Shown here one piece after another: positions 51,131 through 63,854 of a stretch of DNA of 64,000 nucleotides. Below the pieces are notes generated by a model that worked only from the letters and a program-made list of their open reading frames with translations, was not told where the DNA came from and ran no database searches. The first letter of the stretch is position 1; every line of letters starts with the position of its first letter. The position numbers and the translations under genes were made by a program. Source of the DNA: Carcharhinus longimanus (taxonomy: Eukaryota); NCBI GenBank assembly GCA_030264375.1, contig JASCQW010000043.1:73880680-73944679 (forward strand), read 5' to 3'.

Positions 51131-53150
51131 TGCTACCTGTTAGGTGAATTCCCACCAATGTTACTTGTTTACAGGAAATGAATTCAATATCTTATGTTAG
51201 AATGTACACTATATTTTGCTTTATTTTAGCAAAAGGAAGCACTTAACAGCTACAAGAGATGTACAAAAAATATATAGGTTTAAGGAGCAAAAGGAGAGCA
51301 GTTGTGTTCCTGCCTGTCAAATGAGATATCTAGCATAATCCCACCTTCCAGCTCTTGGTCCATAGCCCTGTTAGTTCCAACCTTTTGGTGCATATCCAAG
51401 TGTTTTTTGTAAATGCAATCAGCGTTTGAAGCTTCCAACATCAATGAGGAGAACAGTGTCAAAACAAGGCATTATAAATGACAAATGGTGGTTGGCCTTT
51501 TATAGAAATAATACAAAATAACTTTCTCTTCAAACTACTTGCAGTCGAGGATTCAAGTATGCTTAAACTTGTGGCAAGCAATCCTGTTAGAAATACACAA
51601 GTTGATTTACAACAGTACCAGTAAGGAGATAGAGCCCACTAAAATGATATGTGATATTAATTTGCCTGTAACCATAAAGACATCCACTGATAGGGTTTGA
51701 ACAATGCAGATTTAGCCAGTGCTGATTATTTAGCCGATGGGAAATAAAAATAAAGAATGATAAATGTCAGCAAAGGCCCTTGACATTTATGGAACACTTA
51801 GCAGAACATAAAAACTCTTACTTTGCTATTGCAGTTTGAGTTCACAATCATTTTAATTATGAACAGTTGCAGCTCAGGTACGTAAGAACAGGTTAAATAA
51901 TCTTGCAGAATTTTTTTAGTGTGTCATTCAATGACAGTGTGAATGAATGTTCTTGTTGGAGGTTGTTTCCTTCCCCTAATTACTCTTGGTGCTGATATAT
52001 CAGGAATGGTGTATTTGTGTGCAACCCACTTAACATTTGTCAGCAGGCTGTTGACCTGTAGGGACCACCACACCCAAACCTGATTCTGCCGCTGAGCAAT
52101 ATCCACATACTTGCACATGAGAAAGGGTCACTAGATACATGGAAGGAGAGGAGATCTGGGTGATATGTTCTTCCCACTGCAGTGGCCTTGGCTGAGAGCA
52201 GCTATCTGAACAGAGAGCCAGAATCCAACCTAGAACTCTGGAGCCTTGTGTCACACTTTGCAGTTGCTAGTTCAGTCACTGGAGGAGCTCGTTCATGCTG
52301 TCATTTTCCCATTCTTTGAAAATAAATCAGAAACTTAACAGTAGAATATCACCATTGGATACAGATGGGCAGTGTGGGCCTATTCAGCTCATCGTAACTG
52401 ATCCACCCAGAATTCCTCCAACACAACAACCAACTCTTAAATCCATTGCTTGGGTTGATCATTCCCTTGTCTGATTAGAAACATTCTGGCATCTATTTAA
52501 AAATAATCACGTCTCACTTCTGAAAATGGTGAATCAGTGCCACTTAAATAGCATTGCAAGATTTAGTATATTGAACCAATTTGTCAACCAGTCAGACTGC
52601 TTGATTCCATGAAACACATGATTGAGTTCATATTTCTGCTAACAGCCTCACTGAACCTAAAAGACTAATTTTATAATTGTGGAAAATCATTTTAATTCTG
52701 GTGAATTCCAAGTTTTTAATACCTTTTAGAAAGTACATGATGTTTCAGTTTGTACCTTGATCCCTTTTGCATGTGATCATTTATTTTGTTCTCTACAAAA
52801 GTTCATTAAATCTGAAGGATATTCAGGGCATTTTACTTCCTGATTTATTGTCTGAGAATACTTACCTTGTCTGATGACATTATTGCTGGATGCCTGGAGA
52901 TTCCCTTGAATTGACACCAAGTTAAGAGTAATGTCAAAAAAGGGGAAATCCACACTAAATCTTTCTGAGTAGTTTCCTTCAAGGTCATTGGCAAGTGCCA
53001 TCATTTGTGATCACAAACACCTGAGCTAATGTTGCTTTAATCTGTTTATTTCTGTGTGTTTTAGTACTTGAAATATTCAATTGTTTCTGCTATTTAGATA
53101 TGGTCTGATTATAACTTTAACTGCATTCACACGGTTGGTAAGTACTTTTT

Positions 53151-53500
53151 GGGGAGGCAGTGGTATAGTGATATTGTCACTGGACAAGTAATCCAGAGAC
53201 CTAGGGTGTTACTTTGGGGACCCGGGTTTAAATTCCAGCACAGCAGATGGTGAGATTTGAATTCAATGAAAATTTGGAATTTAAAATCTAATGATGACCA
53301 TGAAACCATTGTCAATTGTTGCATTAACCCAGTTGGTTCACTAATGTCCTTTAGGGAAGGAAATCTGCCAGCCTTCCCTCATGTGGTCTACATGTGACCC
53401 CTGATCCACAATGTGATTAACTCTTAAATGCCCTCACAGATGGACAAAAAAATGCTGGCCCAGTTAGCGACGCCCACATTCCATAAATTAATAAAAAAAA
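53151..53500 (+). mobile_element. tRNA-derived SINE, second family
   Basis: Matches 39932-40272; A-rich end. Confidence 0.78.
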
Positions 53501-53584
53501 GTTGATTCATTGCCTTAGAGAATTTCTCATATCAATACTTGAATAAAATTAATAAACTTACAACACTGTACTGGAGAGGTTTTT

Positions 53585-53888
53585 AAGTTATTTATTAGTG
53601 ACACAAGTAGACTTATATTAACACTGCAATGAAGTTACTGTGAAAATCTCCTAGTCGCCACACTCCGGCACCTATTCAGGTACACCGAAGGAGAATTTAG
53701 CATGGCCATTGCACCTAACTCTCACGTCTTTTGGCCTGTGGGAGAAAAGCAGAGCACCCAGAGGAAACCCACGCAGACACGGGGAGAACGTGCAAACTCC
53801 ACACAGTCAGTGACCCATGCAGGAACCAAACCCAGGTCTCTGGCACTGTGAGGCAGCAGTGCTAACCACTGTGCTGCCGTGCTGCCCC
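53585..53888 (-). mobile_element. V-SINE, tail B (well preserved)
   Basis: Full-length match to the other copies. Confidence 0.9.
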
Positions 53889-54202
53889 TATACAATGAGG
53901 TTCAATGCAATGGACAATTTATACTAGACATTTAACATACTACTTCATTTTCTAGTCATTCAGCCAGCCTGTTAGTTGGCACGGTAACATGTGAACAAAT
54001 CAGAGGTGCTGGTTGCATTACAGGAGCCCCAGCTAGCAGTTCAGCTTCTGCTCCTATACTAGACAGCCCCGTGCAATTGCACAGTTGCTTCATCCCGGCA
54101 CTCTGGTGCAGCATTTGTAGTTGTTACCTCTTAATATTTTATTTTTGTTAATATGTCCATTTTTTAAAAAATTTTAATCCTTTTTATTTTTCATTGTTCT
54201 AG

Positions 54203-54400
54203 GACCAAGAGACTCCTCTGCATTGTGCAGCTTGGCATGGTTACTATGCTGTGGCTAAAGCACTCTGTGAAGCTGACTGCTCTGTTCATGTGAAAAATAA
54301 AGAAGGAGAGACTCCCCTCCTGACAGCAGCAGCAAGAGGCTATGTGGATATTGTGGAGTGTCTGATAGAACACAATGCCGACATTGATGCAGTTGACACG
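54203..54400 (+). CDS. DAPK1: DAPK1 exon 16 equivalent, two ankyrin repeats: DQETPLHCAAWHGYYAVAKALCEADCSVHVKNKEGETPLLTAAARGYVDIVECLIEHNADIDAVDT
   Basis: ttctag acceptor, gtaaga donor, 198 nt. Confidence 0.97.
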
Positions 54401-56834
54401 GTAAGATTGGAATGTGTGGCACGTTGAAATTTCCAGCTTCACAATATTGCAAATCATTTCCTTTCAAGGATGTTTGATTCTCATGTGCACTGTGTACTGG
54501 ATGTGTCTATCTATATGCTTTTCTGCTGGCTTTGGAGCTGTTTGTTTGGAATCTTAGTTATGTATAATTGCTGTTTTAGCAGCAAAGCTAGTAAAGATCT
54601 TCTTTGCCACCAGTGACTGCTAGCTTATAGTGCTGTCTTTTTTTCAGTATCCCAATAGCCCTATATCTTGCAAAAGTGATATTACAACATTAGTCACGTT
54701 GCTCTGTTCTTGACACATACAGGATTTAAGCACATGAGTCATTTCCCCTGCTGAATATCATTCTGAGAGAACAGATCTATTCTTCCCAGATGATTAAGAT
54801 GCAATTATGATTACTTCAAGCAAAATTTCTGCCTAAGGACGATAAGCACATTTACATTGACACTTGTTTAGCTGGAGACTAGCAACCATGGTGTAGGTTC
54901 CTGTGTTTACATTGTTAAATCAGGTGCTCATCCCAGCATCAGAATGTAAATGCGCAAAAAAGTGGATTTACATTTCTGATGCCAGGGCGAAGGCAAGATT
55001 ACAACAGAAATACATGGAGTGGTGGTAGATGCTGATATCTTGCAATCCAAAGTAAATAACTGACATTGTAAGAGTGTGCTTTGATTCTGCTCTCAGCTAA
55101 CATCACTAAGTAGCTAGCGATGATTGAGAATGTGCCAGATTTTCAGAAAATGGACAATGCAAATGTAACACAATGCACTGAATTTGACATTTCTGCAACC
55201 ATTGAATTATTCCACACAAATGTATGCATATGGGTTGAAAGCATATGACGTTAATTGCCACAATTCCCAAAATAAGCAGAAATGACTTAGAAATTGCAGA
55301 AGTCTTAGTTTGTCAAATGGTACGTTTGGATTTTGAAACCTTCACACCCGGTGAGCAAGTGCAGGTCATCAAACCACTGAGGAACCAAGAGGACAGTTTT
55401 AGATTCTTCGTCACGCATCAGATGGAGGAATTAAAACAAATCCTTGTGATGTTTGCTGCAGCAGCGAGAAAGAAAAGGCTTGGTTAAATTCTAAATTACA
55501 TTTACATTGTGTTTCCTTTCCTCCAAACGTGCATGTGACACCTTTTAAGCAAGGTATGGCTGTAAACCACATAGATGGAGAAGAACTTAGTAGCAATCCT
55601 TGCAAAGCAGAAGTTGCATTAGGATATGACCAGGTTCCGCTGCCAACTCCTTCCCAATGTGCGTGTGAATATGCACACATACGGTCACCGGTACTTTCCG
55701 TCGAACCTCGTCTATCATAGATAGAGCAGGCAACTGGAATCCTAGCCCAGATAAGATATCACTGCTTTTGACTAATTCACGCTGTCAGATAGGCAAGATG
55801 CTAAATTTAATCACTGATCTGTGCTGATCTACATGTGCTGGAGTCGTAGTGCTACAGTTGGTTGCAGCATATCTGGTCATGGTGTTGAAAATTAGTCAGC
55901 ATTCCTGTTGCTAATAGCTGGAGCTTGGGCAGAAAGCAAAGCAAAAACTCTGGGATCATGGCCCATCATCAGGAGAAATCTGCAAAGGGGGTTGGAGGGA
56001 AGAAAAGTTACTGAGCTGGAAAAAGAAATGGAGTAAGTTGGGAAGGGAAACTGGTGAATATGGATGCTTTGAAGTCTTTGTCCTCGAGGACTAAAAATGA
56101 AGTTAAATCACAAAGATTCCGCACGGAGATTAGAGACACAGACATAAGATCATTATTTGAAAATTGAGCTTGAATTTGCCTCCCATTTGCTATTTCCACT
56201 AAGTTTCTAAGGTAACACTTGGGTTATATTTGCAAGACATTCTTGCTTTTGCTTCAGAATTTCCCAATTGTATGAGTTAATTCCCATTGGTTTTAGCAAG
56301 TGGCACATCAATTAAAATAATCATCTAATGCTGAATATGATGTGATGTTCCAGTGGTGTGACTTGTTCCCCCACACGCAGCTGCCACGTTCAGAGCATTC
56401 TTTGTTGCAAGTTTCTTAAACTTTCACCAAGTGCATCATTGACTGTGAGCTGCTTGAGAGCCTGAGTTGGTGGAAGTTAGGCTGCCATTTCATTTGGGTT
56501 CTTCCTAGGTTGTTCCCAAACAAGGGACATTTTTCTATGTTAGAATCATCCTTTTACTAGCTATTTACTACTTCACATTGGGTTAGATTGTTCCGAGTCC
56601 ATTTTTAAACTAAAGACTGAGGATGTGGAGGCATGTCCCCTACTGAGCTGGGGGAAGACTCTTGCAGGATACAGGGAAAGAATTCACCTTCTAGGCAGGG
56701 GCCACTCAAGAATCGTGAATGGTGCAAACTTGTCTGCTACTCCATTTACAAGTTAACGGGTTTGTCAAAAGGACCATTGAACATATCTCAGTGCCCTAAT
56801 TTATATATCAAAGGGGTCTGGTGCTTTTTTTAAA

Positions 56835-57539
56835 GATGTGGCGATGCCGGCGTTGGACTGGGATAAGCACAGTAAGATGTCTCTTAACACCAGTTAAAGT
56901 CCAACAAGTTTATTTGGTAGCACAAACCACAAGCTTTCCAAGCGCTGCTCCTTCATCAGGTGAGTGGGAGTTCTGTTCACAAACAGGCATATAAAGACAC
57001 AATTCAATTTACAAAATAATGGTTGGAATGTGAGTCTTTACAGGTAATCAAGCCTTAAAGGTACAGACAATGTGAGTGGAGAGAGTGTTAAGCACGGGTT
57101 AAAGAGATGTGTATTGTCTCCAGGTCGGACAGTTAGTGAGATTTTGCAAGCCCAGGCAAGTCATGGGGGTTACAGATAGTGTGACGTGATCCCGGTTGAG
57201 GCTGTCCTCATGTGTGCGGAACTTGGCATTCAGTTTCTGCTCAGCAATTCTGCGCTGTCGTGTCGTGAAGGCTGCCTTGGGGAACGCTTACCCGAAGATC
57301 AGAGGCTGAATACCGTGACCGCTGAAGTGTTCCCCAACAGGGAGAGAACAGTCTTGCTTGGTGATTGTTGAATTCACCGGGTACACGGTCATACTCTTGC
57401 AATTCGGCCAACATTGTCTACCTGAAACGCTGCAGGAAAGGATGACCCGAGACACAGTACAGTGGGGAGACCGTGCAGATGCTATGACACATGGATGAAT
57501 GAACCCCGTTCAACAATCACCAAGCAGCAGTGTTCTTTC
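56835..57539 (-). mobile_element. Penelope-like element 3' part: terminal repeat and GIY-YIG endonuclease remnant with an inverted 5' segment
   Basis: The - strand reads TITKQDCSLPVGEHFSGHG...RRIAEQKL..KFRTHEDSLNRD; the + strand at 57374-57539 reads YSCNSANIVYLKRCRKG*PETQYSGET. Confidence 0.85.
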
Positions 57540-57542
57540 AGT

Positions 57543-57785
57543 GGCTTGGTTCACTGTCTGTGCAGAGTCTGCACGTTCTCCCTGTGTTTGTATCGTTTAT
57601 CTCTGGTGGCTCTGGTTTACTCCCACAGTCCGAAAAACATGCAGGTTAGAGGCATTGACCATACTAAATTCTCCTTCAATGTACTCAAAAAGGGAACGGA
57701 GTGCGGTGACTCAGGGATTTTCACAGTAACTTCATTGCAGTGTTAATGTAGGCCCACTTACGACTCTAAAAAATAAACTAAGCTA
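57543..57785 (+). mobile_element. 5'-truncated V-SINE, tail B
   Basis: Starts within the body, immediately after the Penelope inversion. Confidence 0.82.
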
Positions 57786-57934
57786 AACTCTTGCTTTCTC
57801 TTTACTCATTGGTCTATCAAATCTTCCCACATTTGATCCTTTGCCTCCACTGTGTATTTAAAGCCCTCTTTACCTTCTTATTTACGCGGAACATTACAAT
57901 ACCAGCTCCAATATGGTTCATATATAAACTTTAC

Positions 57935-58412
57935 AGGTTTGATTCCAGGGATGGAGGGACTGATGTATGAGGAGAGATTGACTAGATTAGGATTGTTTTC
58001 ACTGGAGTTCAGATAAATGAGGTGGGTCTCATAAAAATTCTAAAATTCTAACAGGACTAGACAGGGTAGATGCAGGGAGGATGTTCCTGTTGATGGGTGT
58101 GTTCAGAACCAGGGGTCACAGTCTGAGGATTTGGGGTAGACCATTTAGGACGGAGAGGATGAGTCATTTTTTCATTCAAAGAGTATTGAGCCTTTGGAAT
58201 TCATTACCACAGGAATTAGTTGATGCCAAAACATTGAATGTACCCAGGAGGCAGCTAGTTATAGCACTTGGAGTGAATGGGATCAAAAGTTATGGGGAGA
58301 AAGCAGGATTAGGTTATTGAGTTGGACAATCAGACATGATCATGGTGAATGGAGGAGTGGACTCAAAGGGCAACATGGCCTCCTCCTGCTGCTATCTTCT
58401 AAGTTTCTATGT
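57935..58412 (+). mobile_element. CR1 LINE 3' end
   Basis: LIPGMEGLMYEERLTRLGLFSLEF...TRGHSLRI; tail ending tttctatgt. Confidence 0.85.
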
Positions 58413-58733
58413 ATTAGGTTGTTTGGGAGTGTGAGGGTTAACATGGGTCTGGGGGAACAGTACCAACTGCATTATGATGTTGAGAGTCACATGGGAGGAG
58501 TGAAGGTTGTAGTAAGTCCAATAGAAGTTTGCATAAAAATAGCACCTATCTGTATCCTGTATATATGTAAAGAGTTATGTGTAATTAATAAACACTTATT
58601 GTTCAACCATACAAACCTCTAGACCTTTTCACGAGACTATAGGCAATCTTACAATAGCTTGAAAAGCTGGAAACATATTGATGAAGAGATAGCTCAGTTT
58701 TAAATCAAAAAAGCTCTTGGGCTGTTGAAAAGC

Positions 58734-58822
58734 AGCAAAACCAGACAATGCTATCAAGAAGGTAGCAAAACCAGACAGTGCTATCAAGAAGGTAGCAAAA
58801 CCAGACAGTGCTATCAAGAAGG
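58734..58822 (+). repeat. 30-bp tandem repeat, 3 copies (agcaaaaccagacagtgctatcaagaaggt)
   Basis: Directly visible; one substitution in the first copy. Confidence 0.95.
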
Positions 58823-60560
58823 ACATCAAGAGGCAAGTGTAGTTAAAAAGGAGATGTCAGGATGTCAGGTGGTGGCATAGTGGATTATTATTCTCAAGAT
58901 CCATTACAATGCTCTGGGGACCTGGGTTCAAATCCCACTACGTCAGATGATGATATTTGAATTCAATAAAATCTGGAAGTTAAAGTTTAATGAATATCAT
59001 GGATAGATCAACGAGGCCCTGACAAAGTAATATCCTGTCCACTATTAAGAAGAAAACTTATGTACATACAAGAAGCTTTTAGGGGAACGTCTTTATTGGA
59101 GATGATGAATGAACCCAACTGATCATGGAAGGAGTACTGCAGCCATGGGAACAAATTCACTGAAGGAGCTTGGCAGTCAAAGAGGAAACTTGACTCACTT
59201 TCCGAAGTATATTTAAGGGAACTCCAATCATTTTTGGAAGAATATTAAGGGAGCATGACTCTTTGACAAGCGAATGTTTAAAGGACTGATTGTCAGAAGG
59301 ATCTCTACAATCAAAAGGGGTTTGTCTCTTGGAGATGATTTAATGGCTGTGTACTTATATTTGCATATGCATTTAATGTGCATATGGTTTAATGGGCTGC
59401 ACGCCCAAACTTGCTGGCACTTCCCCCTTTACCACCGCGTTCGTCCATCCAGATTCAGTATGAAACAGATATAGTCTACAAAGGTCTGAATTGGGCGCTC
59501 CAGCTTCTGAGAAGGCGAGAAGGTAAGTTCTAAGCATCTGGTGGCTCTCTGCATCAAATCAGCTGGGGGTAGAGGGGTGGGGGGGGGGGGGAGATGGCTC
59601 CACTCAGATCGGTTGGGGGTGTGTCCAGGGGATGTGGGGGGTGCTTGTTCCACTGCCACACTGCCTCTGCTCAGTGAGGCGGAAGGGGAGTTCCACTGCA
59701 TGTGATCGGTGGAGAGGAAGGGCGGCAGGGGGCCATGATCGGTCTGGGTGGCAGGGTCTTGGGGGATAAGGGATTAATGTTAGAGGGATGGGGCAATGTC
59801 TGTGGGGGCCAGGGGGAGGCATTATCCAGCGATGTGGCAGGGGATTGTTTTTCTTTTTTTTTAACTGTGCATGCACAGTTAGTGGTGCCAGTCAGAGCTG
59901 CAGCGTTTTGGGCATGTTAAGCCCCACCCACAGCCTTCTGCAGTACGATTCAGACTCGCTGATATTTTTTCAAGCAGAATGTGTATGGGGGAACCTGAGA
60001 AGAGGTCTAAAAGTCAGATCTGAAACAGTCCCAGTTTCAAATCTGCCCAGCACTTAGAACCAAAATGGTAAAATAGGACCCATAGAGTAACATATGAAAG
60101 GTAGGAGGTTAAGCCCTACAATATCTTCTCACTGCTGGGAGAAAATAATTTAACTGCTGGAGAGATTCAGTAATAACCTTTTCAGTATTTCTTGTCATTA
60201 GTTTAAATAATGCAGAATATACAATAGAAAATATTTCAAGACATTGAATGAGTGCTAATACAATGCACCATTTTTTTTCACGTCAGAGGTTAGTCAGGTT
60301 GTGGTGATAAGAAAATATGCTTGCACCTGAATATATTCCTCGATCGTGCTGCAGAGAAAAAACCCATCTGATTTTCAAATCTTTTCATTTTTACTTAGCA
60401 TGTTCCCAATACATGATACAAACTGGAGTGGAAAACTGATGAAGGGGAAGGGCTGTTTCTGGGCAAGTGCAGAAATGTGATAGTGCTTTTCCACAAGGAG
60501 ACAGTTCCGTTTGCCATTGGCTTCATTCTGCTTCTGCTGGAGATTATTGTTTTTGAGAAA

Positions 60561-60910
60561 GGGAGGCAGTGGCCTATTGCTAAACTATTAATCCAGAAAC
60601 TCAGCTAAAGTTCTGAGGACCCGGGTTCAAACTCTGCCACAGCAGATGGTGGAATTTGAATTCAATAAACAAATACTTGGAATTAAGAATCTACTGATGA
60701 GCTAGAAATCAGTGTTGATTGTCAGAAAAATCCATCTCGTTCACTAATGTTCTTTAGGGAAAGAAATGTGCTGTCCTTACCTGGTCTGGTGTACTCCAGA
60801 GCCACAGCAATGTGGTTGGCTCTCAATTGCTCTCCAAGGGTAATCAGGGATAGGCAATAAATGCTGGCCAAAATCAGTGACATCCATGTCCCATGAAGGA
60901 ATTTAAAAAA
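60561..60910 (+). mobile_element. tRNA-derived SINE, second family
   Basis: Matches 39932 and 53151. Confidence 0.75.
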
Positions 60911-61282
60911 AGATGGGATCCTGAAGGAGTAAAAAGGCATCCCTTTCTCTGAGAATGCTTTGAGAATCATATTGAAGGCAGCAACAGAAAATGAAGGCTA
61001 CCATTGTTAGTTGTAAAAGGCACTTTCCTCTGAAAACCCATTGTCTGAGCTATCTGTATGGAGGGTTCAGAGCAAACAAACACATGATTTCCAGTAAAGA
61101 GGTCATAAGGAATTCAACATTTTGAAGAGGTTTGCCAAGATGCTGTTGCTCTTTTTCAGTATCACAAAGATCTCATAAAAATTTTTGTGCAGCATTACAT
61201 AAGGACAGATTTGCCTCTAAACCACAATCACAGCTTTAAAATAATTGGCAATGTGATTAAAAACTTTTTCACACAACGAGAT

Positions 61283-61620
61283 GACACGGTACTACAGTGG
61301 TTAGCACTGCTGGTCCACAGCTCCAGGGACCGGGGTTCGATTCCCGGCTTGGGTCACTGTCTGTGTGGAGTTTGCACATTCTCCTCGTGTCTGCATGGGT
61401 TTCCTCTGGGTGCTTCAGTTTCCTCCCACAGTCCAAAGATGTGCAGGTTAGGTTGATTGGCCATGCTAAAAATTGCCCGTTAGTGTCCTGAGATGTGTAG
61501 GTAAGAGGGATTAGCAGGTAACTATGTAGGGATATGGGGGTAGGGCCTGGGTGGGATTGTGGTCGGTGCAGACTTGATGGGCGAATGACCTCTTTCTACA
61601 CCGTAGGGGTTTCTATAATT
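61283..61620 (+). mobile_element. V-SINE, tail A
   Basis: Full-length match to the other copies. Confidence 0.88.
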
Positions 61621-61873
61621 TCTTTGTTTCTGTGATATTCCTGACCTTTCATTCACTATCTAATCCCTCTATCTTTCACAAGTCAAGAGCTGCTGTGACC
61701 ACAGGTGAGTTATAAATTTCTGAGGAGGAGGAGGGAACTTTATACGATGCACCCTTGACACAAAAATCTGTGGGACTGACATCCCATAAGCCTAGGGATT
61801 AGGAAGAGAAACAGGTTGCAATATGAATGCACTTTTTAAAATTAATAATTGACACTAATAACAATAGATAGTC

Positions 61874-61879
61874 TTTATT
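61874..61879 (-). terminator. Possible polyadenylation signal (AATAAA) downstream of the antisense LRR exon
   Basis: tttatt on + strand, about 660 nt past the in-frame TAA that follows the LRR exon; this hexamer is common in AT-rich DNA. Confidence 0.25.
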
Positions 61880-62539
61880 TTTATATCAATAACAGTACTT
61901 AAAATATACTGTTAAATATTCAGTTATTATAAATGTACCCAGAATTTTACATTGCTCGGTAGGGCACGTCCCTGACCTGGTGCAAATCATGATGTCATAT
62001 TGCACTTTCAGTATTTCAATCAGCAGATGTTCATTAAGAGTCGGAAGTGCACACAAGAGTCGAGCTAACAATTTAGCCCAAACTAATACAATTTTACAGG
62101 TGCGTCTGTTTGTGTCAAGTGGCTCAATTGGTCAAACAGCCTTTACGTTTTAACTGAAACCTTGATCCAGGGAGGAATGAAAGGTTGGGGCTAAAATAAA
62201 AATTAACTGTTGTGTCAGTACTGTGATTAGTGCTTAAAATGTGCAGCTCAGACATTGTGAGCAACGTTACTCCATTGCAATGTAGATTTTACAGGGTGCC
62301 AGATACCTGTAGCTGAGCCAGCTTCACAGCAACAGTCCCAAGGGGGGACATAAATGCAAACACGTGCATTACTTTCTCTCAGTGTCCGCCCTTTGTCTCG
62401 TTTCTTGAGTAACGTTGGGCTTTTTCAGTGCACATTTCACACTGTTATTTAGTCGACAGCCAATGTGAATAGGTCCATCAGGCAAACGTGCCTGACAAGT
62501 GAAAATTTCGGACTATATTTCACACAATTTGGTACTTAC

Positions 62540-62710
62540 TCAAGTTTCCGTATTTCACAGTCCGGGCTCCTCAGAGCTTCAATCAGAAGTTTCAGTCCTG
62601 AATCTCCAAGTTTATTCCAACCTAGATTCAGGTCTTTTATTATCCAGTTTGCACAGAGAGCAGAGGTAAGATCTTCGGCACAAGAATCCGTGAGATTGTT
62701 ATCACACAGA
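62540..62710 (-). CDS. Leucine-rich-repeat exon of NLR (NACHT-LRR)/ribonuclease-inhibitor type: LCDNNLTDSCAEDLTSALCANWIIKDLNLGWNKLGDSGLKLLIEALRSPDCEIRKL(E)
   Basis: On the - strand: ttttttctctctcatctccag acceptor, gtaagt donor, exactly 171 nt, phase 2-2, no stops; RI-like motifs NxLTDSC and LxLxxNKLGDSG. Confidence 0.88.
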
Positions 62711-62831
62711 CTGGAGATGAGAGAGAAAAAAGTAACTAAAATCAGATTAAATCTCCAGTATTTTAAAGAACATGATTAATAACAGGAATAATGCACATTG
62801 TGAAACATTCAAAAAATACAACTTTTAAGAA

Positions 62832-63038
62832 CATGGCACAATGGTCAGCATTGCTGCCTTACAGCGCTAGGTACCCAGGTTCAATTCTAGCCTTGGGTCA
62901 CTGTCTATGTGGAGTTTATATGTTCTCCCCATGTCTGTGTGAGGTTCTTCCGGGTGCTCCAGTGCAGGTTAGTGGATTGGTCATGCTAAATTGCGCGTAG
63001 TGTCCAAAGATGTATAGGTTAGATGGATTAGCCATGGG
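62832..63038 (+). mobile_element. V-SINE, 3'-truncated
   Basis: Head and V-domain present. Confidence 0.8.
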
Positions 63039-63854
63039 GAAACATCAAATACACATGACGCCGTAGATGTGAAAAAAACTATTCTGGAAATGTCATTACA
63101 TCAGGCAGTACCTGAGAAAGGAGAAACAGATTAATGAGCTTGCATAAGAACAGGTGGCAAGGAAAGAACAAAAAGAAAGTGTACGTGTAATTAAAGTGAT
63201 ATTGATGATGGAGCGTTCCACACCATAAACCTGTGTCACAACATGACTGATGGTTAAGGAATGGAGTTTAAGGTCAAGACAAAGATAATGGCTGAGAGTA
63301 CAGCATATAATTTAAATGCGTTATATGTGAATAAAAATGAAAATAGCTGAAACATCATTCCCCAGCCAGTGACAATGCTCAGGCAGCAGTACTGGCTGTT
63401 CGACATATGACAGCCTGTCTGTGGAGGGCTCCAGAGTTGATGCTTACACTACTGTGACTGATACATGAGGTATCCATTTGCTAGGATAGACTAATGTGTG
63501 GCTTTGATGGGTGAATTGCAATGAAAAAATATGGCCTGAATGTTTTGCCCATCGGGTGCACGCACTGACAAGCCCAAAATCTGCCGTGAAATGCACTTCC
63601 GCTCATAATTGGCCCTGGAATGTAATTTCACATTGGCTGGCTAACTAATAGGTAGCCAGCGTAAATGCATACTGAGGAAGCTCAGTGGTACTGTGGAGGA
63701 CAGAAAGAGGGTGGGCACAGAGTAAAGGGAGGGAATGGTATGGCACTTCTGCACAGCCTTCTGGTGAGGGAATGTGCACATTGGTACCAACAACATAGAT
63801 AAACTAAGAGATGAAGACCTGCAAGCTGTGTATAGGAAGTTAGATGGAAATTAG

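Noticed and set aside
54191-54467. Antisense ORFs over the ankyrin exon
   Set aside because: Antisense shadow of coding sequence
55245-55487. 80-aa ORF, with a - strand acceptor-like site near 55456
   Set aside because: Does not match DAPK1 exon 17 or an LRR; all - strand frames stop quickly
58734-58822. 30-bp repeats as a CRISPR array
   Set aside because: No spacers; a simple tandem repeat in a vertebrate intron
62465-62779. 104-aa + strand ORF
   Set aside because: Shadow of the real - strand LRR exon
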